From IMG/VR virus record IMGVR_UViG_3300024346_000011: 64,000 bases of DNA, one strand, 5' to 3'. Both the position numbers and the translations under genes were made by a program. The DNA is from a virus. Shown here piece after piece: positions 63,167-64,000 of the stretch. The notes under the pieces were generated by a model. It saw only the letters and a program-made list of their open reading frames with translations, was not told the DNA's origin and did not search any database. Numbering within the stretch: position 1 is the stretch's first letter; the number at the start of each line of letters is the position of its first letter.

Positions 63167-64000
63167 TTATTTGATTGTCATATCAAATGGTAAATCTTCT
63201 GGGCCATAGTATCCATCGTCCATGTGTAGGCCGTACCATTTTCTACCGTCGGTGAAATAGAACCAACCATGAACTGGATCGTGAACTACATCAAATGGTC
63301 TTTGCCATAGTTCAAATTTAACTGGCTTTGCTTTACCACGAGCTAAATACTTTAATACTGGAACATCATCATCCCACATTTGAGTAGTTGTAGTTGCAGT
63401 AATTGTAGCAGATTTGCCTTTTAGTTTTGCTGTATATAATTCACCAGCAATTTCATCAGCTAATTTCTGAGAAGCAGATTCTGTAACAATTGATTCAGCC
63501 GCTAATTCAGCGTCCACATCTTTAATGCTAACTGCTGCATCTAATTCAGCTTCAAGCTTTTTCTTTTGTGTAGTTAAATCTTTTAATTTAGCAAGTAATT
63601 TATCTTTATCTTTACCTTCAGCTTCTTTCCAAGCGTCCACGGTAACTTTCATATCTGAAGTAATTTTACCCCAATCTTTTTGGATTTTGTTGATTGAACG
63701 AGCTTCATTAACTTCGGTAGACTCATTAACTTTCTTCTTTAAGTACTTATTAGGCTCTCTAAGAATAAACTCTTGTGAATCGCCATCAACTCTAGCAACT
63801 ACATCGCCATTTGATTTGATATCGGTAATTTCAACAGTCTTGTTTCCATCGACGTGTTTCCATTCCCATTTGTCGCCGGCTTTGAATTTAGCTTCATTAA
63901 CCACCGATTCTGCTAATTTAGAAAAGAAATCTTTAGCTAATTTATTATATTCTTTCTTTTCATCGTTATCTAGATAGCGTAATGATTTTGTATAATTATA
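63167..64000 (-). CDS. Modular putative internal head polyprotein (5' end beyond the window)
   Basis: Frame is open to position 64000 (YNYTKSLRYL...LAESVVNE); domains are separated by VNE/VTE sites. Confidence 0.6.
   Translation of the reverse strand, partial: YNYTKSLRYLDNDEKKEYNKLAKDFFSKLAESVVNEAKFKAGDKWEWKHVDGNKTVEITDIKSNGDVVARVDGDSQEFILREPNKYLKKKVNESTEVNEARSINKIQKDWGKITSDMKVTVDAWKEAEGKDKDKLLAKLKDLTTQKKKLEAELDAAVSIKDVDAELAAESIVTESASQKLADEIAGELYTAKLKGKSATITATTTTQMWDDDVPVLKYLARGKAKPVKFELWQRPFDVVHDPVHGWFYFTDGRKWYGLHMDDGYYGPEDLPFDMTIK

Noticed and set aside
496-63977. Many plus-strand ORFs in the track (e.g. 496-894, 17828-18190, 18287-19105, 63525-63977)
   Set aside because: Antisense shadows of well-supported minus-strand genes, with no motifs or promoters.
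1-64000. CRISPR array, tRNA or rRNA genes
   Set aside because: No repeat-spacer array or full cloverleaf seen by eye; the repeats found are intragenic.
1-64000. Stop-codon reassignment
   Set aside because: Core genes are full length under the standard code, and TAA, TAG and TGA all occur at gene ends.

Overview
This 64 kb window is AT-rich, gene-dense and almost entirely minus-strand. It comes from a large T4-like (contractile-tailed) phage. The host is inferred to be a Bacteroidota bacterium, from Shine-Dalgarno-less A-rich translation starts, a TAnnTTTG-like early promoter and a T9SS-like cargo protein. Core genes present: head, packaging and tail (portal, protease-scaffold fusion, major capsid, terminases, neck, sheath, tube, chaperones, tape measure), and replication, recombination and transcription (family B DNA polymerase split into two distant genes, clamp and clamp loader, RNase H, helicase, UvsX, gp46/47, NrdAB, gp55- and gp33-like proteins, ECF sigma). 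Accessory regions carry nucleotide-metabolism enzymes, glycan enzymes, and NEIL1-like, Rmt2-like and TspO proteins. Three promoter classes can be read directly from the intergenic DNA. Main observations: (1) a family of proteins with a T4-CTS-like capsid-targeting leader and [LIV]xE maturation sites, including an ATP-grasp ligase paired with a C26 amidohydrolase; (2) a gene whose original 3' end is stranded downstream after capture of a new LNE-linked domain; (3) two tandem three-hairpin structured RNAs downstream of nrdA; (4) late promoters in the loops of translation-blocking hairpins; (5) a metallophosphoesterase with its metal-binding motifs substituted; (6) a candidate +1 frameshift in the tail chaperone pair. 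No tRNA, rRNA or CRISPR array was seen. All calls rest on motif recognition by eye; no database search was run.
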